In this document: positions 16,884 to 26,541 of the stretch, piece after piece
How the letters are laid out: the number at the start of each line of letters is the position of its first letter
Position numbering within the stretch: the first letter of the stretch is position 1
Assembly: GCA_902603945.1 (NCBI GenBank)
Contig: CACKWP010000001.1
Span: 38,742-102,741, forward strand
Direction: 5' to 3'
Length of the DNA stretch: 64,000 bases
Source of the DNA: an uncultured Pelagibacteraceae bacterium
GTDB taxonomy: Bacteria > Pseudomonadota > Alphaproteobacteria > Pelagibacterales > Pelagibacteraceae
Translations under genes and position numbers: made by a program
Notes under the pieces: generated by a model
Told to the model about the DNA's origin: nothing
The model's input: the letters and a program-made list of their open reading frames with translations, nothing else
The model's database searches: none

Positions 16884-17025
16884 TGCTTGTGTCGTTATTA
16901 TATTTGCTCTAATTATTCTTCCTTTAATTATCTCCTTTAAAGCTGAAAAAAAAAATAAAAATGAGTGGGATAAAATAAAAGAATATGGAAATAAAATTAA
17001 CGAAAAAACCAGAGAAAAATATTAA
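16864..17025 (+). CDS. Small single-TM protein (53 aa), not in ORF track
   Basis: MSVPLIIACVVIIFALIILPLIISFKAEKKNKNEWDKIKEYGNKINEKTREKY; alternative in-frame ATG at 16849. Confidence 0.55.
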   Translation: MSVPLIIACVVIIFALIILPLIISFKAEKKNKNEWDKIKEYGNKINEKTREKY

Positions 17026-17033
17026 TAGAAATA

Positions 17034-18119
17034 ATGAAAAAATTATCATGGTTTCTGTTAATAATTACTTTTTTTAATTTAGAACTTATTGCAATGGACC
17101 AAAAACCCTATCACCACATTTATAAAAATGGAGAGTTATTTGCTTTTAGAAATCTTGAGGGAGGTCCAAAAAGAGATCCTAATTTTAAATGGGATTGGAA
17201 AGTTTTTAGAGAAGAGAAGAAGAAACTTAAGATCAATTATCCACCCGAACATGTAATTGATAAGCAAATAGTTTTAAAAAATCTTGAAAAATATAAATCG
17301 GACTCTTATGTGATGTGGCTTGATCATGCGAGTTTTATAATTAAACTTGGAAATACTACAATTATTACAGATCCTGTTTTTGAAAAAAATTATGGACCTA
17401 TGATATTTGGTCCTAAAAAATACATAGAGTCTCCTTTAACTCTTAAAGAGCTTCCCAAAATAGATATATTTTTGCTGACACACAATCATTATGATCACAT
17501 GAGTATCCGTACGATAAAAAACTTTCCTTATAAGAATGCCAAAGTTCTTGTGCCTCTTAAGCTAGGGAAATATTTCACAAAAAATGGATATAAAAAAGAC
17601 AATGTTAAAGAATTGGATTGGTTTGATAAAATTATTATTAATGATGAAATCACAATTACAATGCTTCCAAGTCAACATTGGTCCAAGCGTTGGATTTGGG
17701 GAGATGGAAATACAAATAGAACACTTTGGGGAAGTTTTTTAATTGAATACAAAGATAAAAAAATCTTTTTTGCTTGTGATACCGGACCGGCACCATTTTA
17801 TAAGGAATTAGGAAAAAAATTTGGTCCTATCGATTTAGGTTTTGGAAATTTGGGTGCCTATAATTTCTATCCTATCATTCCGGTCAAAGATAAATCTACA
17901 GCTCACGCTAACCCTGAAGAGCTTTTATCTTTAATGAAAGACTTAGAGGTAAAAAAGGTTATAGGAATGCATTGGGGTACAGCAATATTAAGTTTGGAGC
18001 CGATTTGGGAACCCCCTGTAAGGTTTAAAGAAAATGCTGAAAAGTTTGGCTTCAAAAAAGAAGAAGCAATTCTATTTAAAATTGGTGAGATTAAAAAATT
18101 AGAAGATCTTATTAACTAA
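17034..18119 (+). CDS. MBL-fold metallo-hydrolase (NAPE-PLD/RomA-like)
   Basis: THNHYDH, TDPVF, QHWSKR, LWGSF, GMHWGT; signal peptide. Confidence 0.88.
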   Translation: MKKLSWFLLIITFFNLELIAMDQKPYHHIYKNGELFAFRNLEGGPKRDPNFKWDWKVFREEKKKLKINYPPEHVIDKQIVLKNLEKYKSDSYVMWLDHASFIIKLGNTTIITDPVFEKNYGPMIFGPKKYIESPLTLKELPKIDIFLLTHNHYDHMSIRTIKNFPYKNAKVLVPLKLGKYFTKNGYKKDNVKELDWFDKIIINDEITITMLPSQHWSKRWIWGDGNTNRTLWGSFLIEYKDKKIFFACDTGPAPFYKELGKKFGPIDLGFGNLGAYNFYPIIPVKDKSTAHANPEELLSLMKDLEVKKVIGMHWGTAILSLEPIWEPPVRFKENAEKFGFKKEEAILFKIGEIKKLEDLIN

Positions 18120-19320
18120 CTTTTCTTTTATTTCTCTCGTTATCTAATAATTTTGTCAATGCATCCACCATTACGTCTGAGGCTTTAAATATTTCATTTG
18201 GTTGAAACTCATGAGTTGTGTGATTTTCAGGATCAGTCTTATCTTCAATTATTATTCCCTCATCTGGTGAATTATTTTTAATATAAATTAAAATTAACCA
18301 ATCGGCCTCTATTGCGTCATCCCACTTAATATAAATTTCTCCTGTCTCGAATCTTTTATCGATACATCTGATAATACTTAAATATTTTGGGATATATTTT
18401 TTATTTAATTGAAAGCACAAGCTATGGGCTGATCGATAAAAACTTTCAAGAGCGTATTCGATCTTTTCTCTTTCTTCATTATAAACTCTCTCTTTTTCTA
18501 ATAATGTTGCTTTATCATCAGTCTCTTCTACTTTGATTCCTAAACTTGCAACCCTTTCTCTGATTGCCTCATTTATTTTTTGCTCTCTGATTAGTTTGTA
18601 TTTTTCTTTAATTTTATCTATACGTTGTTGAACTTCTTCGTAAGACTCTCTTTGTTGGTTTAAAACATATTTTTCAAGATTTTTGATTTCTAATTCTTCT
18701 CTTTTTCTAAAAAGGTCAATTTTTTTCTCAAGTTTGATTTGCTCTAAAAATTGCCTTTGCTTCTCAGCTCTCTCTTTTCTGAGTTCAGCTTGTTCTAATT
18801 TTATAAATCGTTGTAAATCTAGTTTTCTTTCTTTTTCTAATTTCTGCTCTTCTTTTAGTTCGTTTCTTTTTGCCTCTAAAGCTAATTTTTCTCGTTCTAA
18901 TAGCCTTTTTTGAGCATCTTTTTTTTCTTGCTCCATAAGCTTTAGTTTCAATTTTTTTTGCTTTTCTCTCTCTTCTAGTATTATCTTTTTAATTCCAGAA
19001 ACTTTATTAGATATGCCTATAAAAAAACCCTGCAAGGTTTGATCTATATTTATATTGAACCTAAATATAGATTTAACTTTATCATTCAGTTTTAATAGAC
19101 TTGATACTATAGCTCTGGTTTTTTGAGTGTTTTTTTTGAGTGTCTTTAATTTTACTTTGACATTACGTCTTTGCTTATTCTGTATCTGCTTCTTTGTTTT
19201 TTTCCTTTTTTTTATTTTCTTGCTTTGTATTTTTTTTCTTTTATTTTTAACTCTTCGAATTAAAGATTTTTTTGATTTCTTTCTTTTAACCTTGATAGGC
19301 TTTTTTTTCTTCTTTTTCAT
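18112..19320 (-). CDS. Hypothetical protein: poly-basic N-terminus, long coiled coil, C-terminal globular domain
   Basis: 402-aa ORF; residue composition by segment. Confidence 0.75.
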   Translation of the reverse strand: MKKKKKKPIKVKRKKSKKSLIRRVKNKRKKIQSKKIKKRKKTKKQIQNKQRRNVKVKLKTLKKNTQKTRAIVSSLLKLNDKVKSIFRFNINIDQTLQGFFIGISNKVSGIKKIILEEREKQKKLKLKLMEQEKKDAQKRLLEREKLALEAKRNELKEEQKLEKERKLDLQRFIKLEQAELRKERAEKQRQFLEQIKLEKKIDLFRKREELEIKNLEKYVLNQQRESYEEVQQRIDKIKEKYKLIREQKINEAIRERVASLGIKVEETDDKATLLEKERVYNEEREKIEYALESFYRSAHSLCFQLNKKYIPKYLSIIRCIDKRFETGEIYIKWDDAIEADWLILIYIKNNSPDEGIIIEDKTDPENHTTHEFQPNEIFKASDVMVDALTKLLDNERNKRKVS

Positions 19321-19346
19321 GCTAGCTTTTAATTAAATAGCACTTT

Positions 19347-20552
19347 TTATAAATATATATAGTCTCTTGTACGGTGGGCTGACTGAAAATTCTTAACAAT
19401 TTGCAATTGAAAAACGACTAGATCTCTATATCTAAACGCTGCTGCGCAGCTAGCCATATAAAACTCCCACATTTTTACAAATTTTTCGTCAAATAAATCT
19501 TTCACTTCTTTTTTCTTTTCTAAAAAACGCTCTAACCAACTTTCTAGTGTTTTGTCATAATGTCTTATTAACGTTTCTGTATCTGCAACGATTAAACCCG
19601 TTTTTTCAATTGGATTAATTATTTGGCTGAAAGAGGGACAAATACCTCCAGGGAAAATGTACTTCTGTATAAATTTATTTGGTGCTGTGGGTTTATCTAC
19701 CACACCTATAGTGTGTAATAAAAATATCCCATCATCTTGAAGAAGTTTATTCATTGATTTGAAAAAGGTGTTGTAAAATTTTCTACCAACATGTTCAAAC
19801 ATCCCTACAGAAAAAATTCGATCATATTTACCTTTTACCCCTCTATAGTCAATAAGTTCAAATTTTACTTGGTTATCTAAATTAAGTTCTATAGCTTTAC
19901 GTTTACAATACTCTATTTGATTTTTACTTAGAGAAATTCCAGTCACTTCACATTTTTTTTGTTTTGCAATTTCAAAAGCCATTCCTCCCCAGCCACAGCC
20001 GACCTCTAAAATTTTTTGACCTTCTTTAATATCTAGTTTTTTTATAATATGATCTATTTTATTTTGTTGCGCCTCCTCCAAAGTTTTAGTGTCATTTTTC
20101 CAATATGCGCATGAGTATAACCTGTGAGTTTTATCTAAAAAAATATCATACAATTTTTCACCTCTCTCTCCACCAATGTCATAATGATGTTCCACATTTT
20201 TTTTTGATTTTCCTGGTAAGTTAAAATTCGTTATTGTTCTCCAAGCTTGGTATATTTTTTTAGTAATAAGACTTGTTGTTGAAATTTCATCACGACCTAA
20301 ATTTTTAATAAGCTCCATCAAAAAATCTTTCATCGATGCATTTTCTATTTCTATTTCATTTCTCATATAGGCCTCTGGAAATTCAAGTTCTGGATCTAAC
20401 AGTAATTTCCAGTTTAAGTCTTCTTTAAGCAATTTAATCGTTATTGGTTTGTCGACTCTTGGATTTCCGCAAATGTACTTCTGACCTTTTGCGTCAATTA
20501 AAATTATTCCTCCTTCTTTAAAAATTTTTGAAAATATTCGAGCTAAAATCAT
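19347..20552 (-). CDS. cfa: Cyclopropane-fatty-acyl-phospholipid synthase family methyltransferase
   Basis: HHYD, YSCAYW, LEVGCGWG, SVGMFEHVG, KYIFPGG. Confidence 0.92.
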   Translation of the reverse strand: MILARIFSKIFKEGGIILIDAKGQKYICGNPRVDKPITIKLLKEDLNWKLLLDPELEFPEAYMRNEIEIENASMKDFLMELIKNLGRDEISTTSLITKKIYQAWRTITNFNLPGKSKKNVEHHYDIGGERGEKLYDIFLDKTHRLYSCAYWKNDTKTLEEAQQNKIDHIIKKLDIKEGQKILEVGCGWGGMAFEIAKQKKCEVTGISLSKNQIEYCKRKAIELNLDNQVKFELIDYRGVKGKYDRIFSVGMFEHVGRKFYNTFFKSMNKLLQDDGIFLLHTIGVVDKPTAPNKFIQKYIFPGGICPSFSQIINPIEKTGLIVADTETLIRHYDKTLESWLERFLEKKKEVKDLFDEKFVKMWEFYMASCAAAFRYRDLVVFQLQIVKNFQSAHRTRDYIYL

Positions 20553-20555
20553 GTT

Positions 20556-21440
20556 TTACGCTGCCAAGTTTTTTTCTGATACAAACTCTAATTTATTTAA
20601 TTTTTCCTCTAGTTCTTTTTGTTTATCTTGAGACAATAGAACTAATGGTGGTAAAATATTTTTAAAATTATCATCTTTATTCGATAGAAAACTATGAAGA
20701 GCTGAAATCAGATTAAATTGATCGAAAGTTTCTCTAACTTTAATCAGTTTTTCATTTTTAGATTGTGGAACTTTATTTTCAAAATCATCAAAAACTTTTC
20801 TAGCTAAAGAATGAGTGACATTAGTTACTGCTGATATGCAACCCGAACATCCAGTTTCTAAACCCTGAAGAAGTTTTGCTTCCGATCCTGGGAACATTAA
20901 AAAATTTGGTAATTTTAAGCTTTCATATAAATTGTAGCTTGAGTCTTTGCATCCAATTATATTATTAGGGAAAGACTTAACAAGTCTTGTCACCATTTCT
21001 TCAGAAAATTTGTAACCACTTAACTTTTCAAAATTATAAAGAATAATCTTTACCTTAGGAAGTGCATTAATTAATCCTGAGTAAAAATTAAAAACTCCTT
21101 CATTTGTATTTCCTCTGTAATACGCTGGGGGCATTATTAAAAATTCTCTAAAACCGTATTCCATGGAATAACTAATTAAATCCTTATGTTCATTTAGCGA
21201 ATTATTTCCAACACCTAAAAAAAATTGTTTTTTTAATTTATGATTAGCAATTTTAGTAATGAGTTCTTTCTTTTCATTTGTTGAAATTAATTGACTTTGC
21301 CCTGTAGAGCCAAAAAAGAAAACTCCGTGTAGACCATTTTGAATAGCTTGAGCTGCATGATTAATTGTTGCATCAATATTTAATGTTCTATCTGTATTCA
21401 GAACACTCAATCCTGCTGCGTATACTCCTTTTTTAATCAT
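20556..21440 (-). CDS. Dihydrodipicolinate synthase-family aldolase (not necessarily DapA)
   Basis: GSTGQ, PPAYY, LYNF, Schiff-base KDSS; lacks the DapA P-x-R-T motif. Confidence 0.8.
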   Translation of the reverse strand: MIKKGVYAAGLSVLNTDRTLNIDATINHAAQAIQNGLHGVFFFGSTGQSQLISTNEKKELITKIANHKLKKQFFLGVGNNSLNEHKDLISYSMEYGFREFLIMPPAYYRGNTNEGVFNFYSGLINALPKVKIILYNFEKLSGYKFSEEMVTRLVKSFPNNIIGCKDSSYNLYESLKLPNFLMFPGSEAKLLQGLETGCSGCISAVTNVTHSLARKVFDDFENKVPQSKNEKLIKVRETFDQFNLISALHSFLSNKDDNFKNILPPLVLLSQDKQKELEEKLNKLEFVSEKNLAA

Positions 21441-21486
21441 AATCTTACCTAAATTATTCTATCTAAGTTATATTGATAAAATTAAA

Positions 21487-22443
21487 ATGAAAGTTTTAGT
21501 AATTCAACCAAAAATTGGAATGGGAGATATGGTTATTTATTTGCCATATATTCATGCTATTTCAAAAAAATATCGAACTCCAGTATCAATTTTAGTGAAA
21601 GAAAATACTCGTGCTGATCAATTATTAGCTGAAGATAAACATATTGAAGAAATAATATTGTTAAATCGTACGAAGAATAATTCGGGGATACATGATGGTC
21701 TATCAGGGTTCTTCAAATTATGTAAGGAACTTGAATTAAAAAAATTTGACAAGGTTTTCATCTTTAATAGCTCTATAAGATATTTATTAATTTCAAAGAT
21801 AGCTGGAATAAAAAATATTTCCCAGTATCCATTATTTAGAAAAAAAGATAATATAGTAATGTCTGCCAAAATTTTTACAGAAAATGAGCTAGGTGAAATA
21901 GTATCAACTCAACCAAAACTTAATATTAATGAAGATAAAGTTAAAAAGACTAAACAAAGATTTTCTAAAGAATTTAAACACATATGTATGGGTATTTCTG
22001 CTAGTGGATATACAAAAAGATGGGATATTAAAAATTTTGTGAAGCTTTGTATAAGTATTAATTCAAAAATACCCTCAAAATTTTATTTAGCTGCAGGCAA
22101 CAATGATAAAAGTTTAATTGATCAATTGTTTAATTCTGAAATAGGCAAAAATTGCGAATCTTTCCAAAATCTAAAAATTAAAGATACATTGCCAATAATT
22201 AAAAATTGTGATCTTTATGTCGGTAATGATACTGGCTGGTTACACATTTCTTCAGCATTAAATATAAAATGTTTAGCATTGTTTATGGACAGCCCAGTGC
22301 AAGCTTATGGAAAATACTCAAAAAATATTAATGTAATAGTACCTGAGGGTGAAACAGAGGAAACTACAATACATGATACTTTAGGAGCAGACAAAATTTC
22401 TTTTGAAAAAGTTTTAAACAAATCTTTAGAGCTACTTGATTAA
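21487..22443 (+). CDS. Glycosyltransferase family 9 (heptosyltransferase-like)
   Basis: MGDMV, KRW, GNDTGWLHIS. Confidence 0.85.
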   Translation: MKVLVIQPKIGMGDMVIYLPYIHAISKKYRTPVSILVKENTRADQLLAEDKHIEEIILLNRTKNNSGIHDGLSGFFKLCKELELKKFDKVFIFNSSIRYLLISKIAGIKNISQYPLFRKKDNIVMSAKIFTENELGEIVSTQPKLNINEDKVKKTKQRFSKEFKHICMGISASGYTKRWDIKNFVKLCISINSKIPSKFYLAAGNNDKSLIDQLFNSEIGKNCESFQNLKIKDTLPIIKNCDLYVGNDTGWLHISSALNIKCLALFMDSPVQAYGKYSKNINVIVPEGETEETTIHDTLGADKISFEKVLNKSLELLD

Positions 22444-22952
22444 CTAAAGTCAGTTTTGATTATTTTTTCCTTAGCTTCATTAACGAGTTGGCTTAATCTC
22501 TCAGTCTTGACGTCTCTATTCATATCAGGGTGTATTTTTTTTTGAAGTTGATTTGCTGCCTTTAAAACCTCCTCTTTGCTCGCACCTTTCTTTAATCCTA
22601 ATAGTTTGTAAGCCTCATCTGTTGTTACACTAGAGGAACCTTGGGTTTGTCCAAATTGTCCTTGAGAAAACCTTCCAGCATTGTTTTTCATGAACTGGAT
22701 TAATCTATATAATTGATAAAATTGTAGTGCAGTGAATCCTTTGATCTTTAGTCCGGATAACAAGATCAACCACATAGGGAGACTAAAAATGAATTTGCCA
22801 CCTATTGTAAATAGGACAGCAAGAATTAATGATATATATATTGCAATTTTTTTTATTGTAGTAGCTATCTTTTTTGAACTAGCTCTAGCGAACCAATTTA
22901 GAAAAAGGTAGATTACGACGAAAATGATAATTCCCAACAAAAATAAATTCAT
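22440..22952 (-). CDS. Membrane-anchored DnaJ-domain protein
   Basis: N-terminal TMs; EAYKLLGL..HPD..VNEAKE C-terminal J domain. Confidence 0.85.
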   Translation of the reverse strand: MNLFLLGIIIFVVIYLFLNWFARASSKKIATTIKKIAIYISLILAVLFTIGGKFIFSLPMWLILLSGLKIKGFTALQFYQLYRLIQFMKNNAGRFSQGQFGQTQGSSSVTTDEAYKLLGLKKGASKEEVLKAANQLQKKIHPDMNRDVKTERLSQLVNEAKEKIIKTDFS

Positions 22953-22965
22953 ATAATTTACTATT

Positions 22966-25050
22966 ATGAATATACCAAAACTTAAAAAAATAAAGACTAC
23001 GAAAAATTATCACGGTATTCCACTAGAAGATGATTATTCATGGGTTGATCAGCCAGATATACTTGAAGTTTTAAATGACTCAAAAAAGTTAAATACTGAA
23101 GTCAAAGATTATATACAAGCAAACAATAAAATTACTGAAAATTACTTTGCAGATGTAAAGACATTTCAAAAAAATTTATTTGACGAAATTAAGGGTAAGA
23201 TAAAATTAGATGACACAGGGTTAAAATTTAAAGATAAGAGATATTTTTACTGGGCAAAAACAGAGGCTAAAGGTAATTACGGTAAAAGAATTAGGCAACT
23301 CATTGATGGCTCAAAACCTGAAGAAGTTTTTTTTGATGGTGATTTAGAAAAAAAAAAATATGGTTCTGAATATTTTGGAGTTGGAACTGTAAGTGTATCT
23401 CATTGTGATAATTTTATTGCTTATTCCCTAGATTTAAAAGGGTCAGAATATTATACAATTTATTTGAGAGATCTTAGAACTGGTAAGAATGAAAAAGATA
23501 TAATTAAAAATACTAGTGGTAGTGTTACTTGGGCTTTGGATAGTAAGAGTTTTTTCTATTCAAAATTAGATCAATATCATAGGCCTAGACAAATATTTAA
23601 ACATGTCATTGGAACTTCCTCAGATCAAGATCAGCTTATTTTTGAGGAAAAAGATGAAACTTTTACTTGTGGCATAGGTATTACCTCTGACGAAAAATAT
23701 TTCATTATTGGAACTTCTGATCATATTACAACAGAGGAATATTTTTTTTCTTCAGACTCTAAAGAAATTAATCCTACACTTTTTCAAAAAAGAAAAAATG
23801 ATGTTCGCTATTCAATAGACTCTTGGCATGGATATTTCTATGTTCACACTAATGAAGAGGCTAGGGATTATAAGGTGCTTAGATGTAAGGCAAATCAAAT
23901 AGATAAATTAGAAGTTTTTATTCCTGCTAAAAAAGAAACTGTTATTAGCGGTTTTGAATTTCTAGATGACTATATCATAAGATCTGAGAAATCAGATGCA
24001 ATTCCAAAACTTTATATTAGAAATATTAAAACCAACGAAGAAGAGGAAATTAAAATTTCTGATGAGGCGATTGGTGTACCAGGAGTTTCGTTAATGCAGA
24101 AAGATACGAATACTAAAAAGATAAGAATTAGTTGGGAGAGTATGGCAACTCCAGGAAGAGTTTATGAGTATGATATCGTCACTAAAGAAAAAAAATTAGT
24201 TAAAGAAACAGAAATCCCATCTGGCCATGATCCTAGAAAATATGTAGTGGAAAGAATTAGAGCTAAGTCTCATGATGGTCGAATGATTCCGATTAGTTTA
24301 GTAAGATTAAAAGACACAAAGCAAGATGGAAAATCAAAGGTCCTACTTTACGCTTATGGTGCTTACAAACATAGCGTATCTCCATCCTTCAGTGCATCAA
24401 GGTTTTGTTTGGTTGATAGAGGAATTACTTTTGCAATTGCACATGTAAGAGGTGGAGGTGATGTTTCAGATGCCTGGCACACGGAAGGTAAAAAAAAATT
24501 TAAGAAGAATACCTTTTTAGATTACATAGCATGTGCAAATCATTTAATAGAGCAAAGATATACTTACAAAGGTGGAATTTGTTTTTATGGTGGATCAGCT
24601 GGAGGCCTTACAGGTGGAGCGGTAGCTAATATGGCACCAAATTTATTTTTTGGAATGCTTTTGTTGGTGCCCTTTGTAGATACTTTGACCACAATGTTGA
24701 ATGAAAAATTACCTTTAACACCAGGGGAATGGGAAATGTGGGGAAATCCAATTAAAAGTAAGGAATACTTTAAATATATTTCGTCTTATTCTCCATATAA
24801 TAATCTTGAGAAAAAAGATTATCCGCCGATGCTGATAACTACATCATTGTTTGACAATCGAGTTCTTTACTCTGAGCCAGTTAAATATATTGCAAAGCTA
24901 AGAGATTTAAAAACTGACAATAATAATCAGTTGCTAAAATGTAAAATGGAAGCAGCAGGTCACGGTGGAATGTCGGGGCGCGACAATGCTATCACAGAAT
25001 TGGCCGAAGAATATTCTTTTATTTTAAAGTCTGCAAAAATTTTAAAATAA
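22966..25050 (+). CDS. ptrB: Oligopeptidase B (S9 family)
   Basis: YGAY, HVRGGG, GGSAGG, PFVD, DNRV, AGHGG. Confidence 0.92.
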   Translation: MNIPKLKKIKTTKNYHGIPLEDDYSWVDQPDILEVLNDSKKLNTEVKDYIQANNKITENYFADVKTFQKNLFDEIKGKIKLDDTGLKFKDKRYFYWAKTEAKGNYGKRIRQLIDGSKPEEVFFDGDLEKKKYGSEYFGVGTVSVSHCDNFIAYSLDLKGSEYYTIYLRDLRTGKNEKDIIKNTSGSVTWALDSKSFFYSKLDQYHRPRQIFKHVIGTSSDQDQLIFEEKDETFTCGIGITSDEKYFIIGTSDHITTEEYFFSSDSKEINPTLFQKRKNDVRYSIDSWHGYFYVHTNEEARDYKVLRCKANQIDKLEVFIPAKKETVISGFEFLDDYIIRSEKSDAIPKLYIRNIKTNEEEEIKISDEAIGVPGVSLMQKDTNTKKIRISWESMATPGRVYEYDIVTKEKKLVKETEIPSGHDPRKYVVERIRAKSHDGRMIPISLVRLKDTKQDGKSKVLLYAYGAYKHSVSPSFSASRFCLVDRGITFAIAHVRGGGDVSDAWHTEGKKKFKKNTFLDYIACANHLIEQRYTYKGGICFYGGSAGGLTGGAVANMAPNLFFGMLLLVPFVDTLTTMLNEKLPLTPGEWEMWGNPIKSKEYFKYISSYSPYNNLEKKDYPPMLITTSLFDNRVLYSEPVKYIAKLRDLKTDNNNQLLKCKMEAAGHGGMSGRDNAITELAEEYSFILKSAKILK

Positions 25051-25054
25051 TAAT

Positions 25055-25082
25055 CTTGAAAAATTAAAAATAATTCCCATAT
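25055..25082 (+). promoter_or_regulatory. sigma32 (RpoH) heat-shock promoter
   Basis: CTTGAA-15 nt-CCCATAT upstream of the small heat-shock gene. Confidence 0.75.
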
Positions 25083-25087
25083 CAACC

Positions 25088-25144
25088 TGTGTCAGTCGCC
25101 AAATGGGACTGATATTAAACCTTGCTAACAAAGGAGGATATATG
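25088..25144 (+). promoter_or_regulatory. ROSE-like RNA thermometer
   Basis: Hairpin TCAGTC/GACTGA, then CCTTGCT able to pair with SD AAGGAGG. Confidence 0.6.
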
Positions 25145-25585
25145 ACAAGTAAGGATCTATCGATCTTTAATTCACTTAGACCTTTCAGCATTGGATTCGA
25201 TGATATGTTCGATCAATTCGAGTCTATGTTAGGAAATGGCAGTCTTGCTGTACAAAGCAATTACCCGCCATATAACATTCGTAAAGCAGGCAAAGATAAA
25301 TATGCTATTGAAGTAGCAGTTGCTGGCTTTAACAAAGATGATGTTGAAGTTGAATATGAGGATAATCTTTTAACCGTTAAAACAAAAGACGTTAAAAGAA
25401 CTGAAGAAAAAGATGGTGATGAAGTTATTCATCGAGGTATATCACAAAGATCTTTCGCCAGATCATTTACAATTGCAGATGATGTAAAAGTAAATGGTGC
25501 CGAGCTAAAAGATGGTTTGCTGACTATTTCTTGTGAAAAAATCATACCAGAAATAAAGAAAAAAAGACTTATTTCGATCAAATAA
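25142..25585 (+). CDS. ibpA: Small heat shock protein (Hsp20/IbpA)
   Basis: IGFD, NYPPYNI, AVAGF, HRGISQRSF, DGLLTI; start moved to 25142 after the SD. Confidence 0.93.
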   Translation: MTSKDLSIFNSLRPFSIGFDDMFDQFESMLGNGSLAVQSNYPPYNIRKAGKDKYAIEVAVAGFNKDDVEVEYEDNLLTVKTKDVKRTEEKDGDEVIHRGISQRSFARSFTIADDVKVNGAELKDGLLTISCEKIIPEIKKKRLISIK

Positions 25586-25593
25586 GTTTACCT

Positions 25594-25620
25594 TACTTGC
25601 GGAGTAATACTCCGCAAGTA
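25594..25620. terminator. Bidirectional terminator hairpin between ibpA and gshB
   Basis: TACTTGCGGAGTA-A-TACTCCGCAAGTA. Confidence 0.75.
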
Positions 25621-26541
25621 TCAAATATTATCAAAAAAATACTTAGCTAAATTGACACCTGTTAGATCATAAAAAGTTTTTAAACCTGTTGGACTTGTAA
25701 CGTTAATATCGCCAATAAGTTTTCCATTAATAAAATCAATTCCAGCAAAATAAATGTTATTTTTTTTTAATTCTTTAGCTATCAAATTGCTAATTTTGAG
25801 TTCATTTAAATTAATATTGATTGTTCTTGCGTAAGCTCCTTTACTCATATTTGAGAGAATACTACCTTTTTTTGGGACTCTAGATATTACTCCTTTTACC
25901 TTTCCATTAATAATGAAAACTCTTTTGTCTCCTTTTGATATTTTTGAAATATATTTTTGAAAAATTACGTGATTATATTTTTTAAGATACTTATTGACTT
26001 TATTTTTACTAAATTTTTTTATTAACTTAACATCATTGCCACTATAGCCTTCAATAGGTTTAACAACTATCTGTTTATATCTTGAAAAAAAAGCTTTAAT
26101 TTCATAAAGGTTTTCACTCACTAATGTTGGTGGCATAAACTTTTTAAACTTTAGAGAAAAAAGTTTTTCCTGAACATCTCTTATTGCTTTTGGGCTATTT
26201 AATATTTTTACCCTATTTGAAATTAGCTCCAAAAGATATGTTGTGTTTAGATATTGTTGATTAAATGGTGGCTCATTTCTAATTAGTAAAATTTGAATTT
26301 TAGAGAGATTTAAATTTAATTTTTTAATCTTTTGAATATAGGTTTTATCTTTATTAATTATCTTAATTTTAAAACATTCTGCAAAAACATGTCCATTTTT
26401 AAAACTTAAATGTTTTGGCTCGTAATAGAAAATGTCAAATTTTCTCCTCTGGGCCTCTAAACCTAAAAATATAGAGGTGTCGGTCTTATAATTTATTTTA
26501 TTAATATCAGAGCCCTGAATAACTAAAATTTTCTTTTTCAT
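25621..26541 (-). CDS. gshB: Glutathione synthetase
   Basis: DTS, RNEPPF, EKL, GDKRV, INVTSPTG. Confidence 0.92.
   Translation of the reverse strand: MKKKILVIQGSDINKINYKTDTSIFLGLEAQRRKFDIFYYEPKHLSFKNGHVFAECFKIKIINKDKTYIQKIKKLNLNLSKIQILLIRNEPPFNQQYLNTTYLLELISNRVKILNSPKAIRDVQEKLFSLKFKKFMPPTLVSENLYEIKAFFSRYKQIVVKPIEGYSGNDVKLIKKFSKNKVNKYLKKYNHVIFQKYISKISKGDKRVFIINGKVKGVISRVPKKGSILSNMSKGAYARTININLNELKISNLIAKELKKNNIYFAGIDFINGKLIGDINVTSPTGLKTFYDLTGVNLAKYFFDNI

Noticed and set aside
25103-25141. N-terminal extension of the Hsp20 ORF
   Set aside because: SD AAGGAGG and the thermometer structure point to the ATG at 25142
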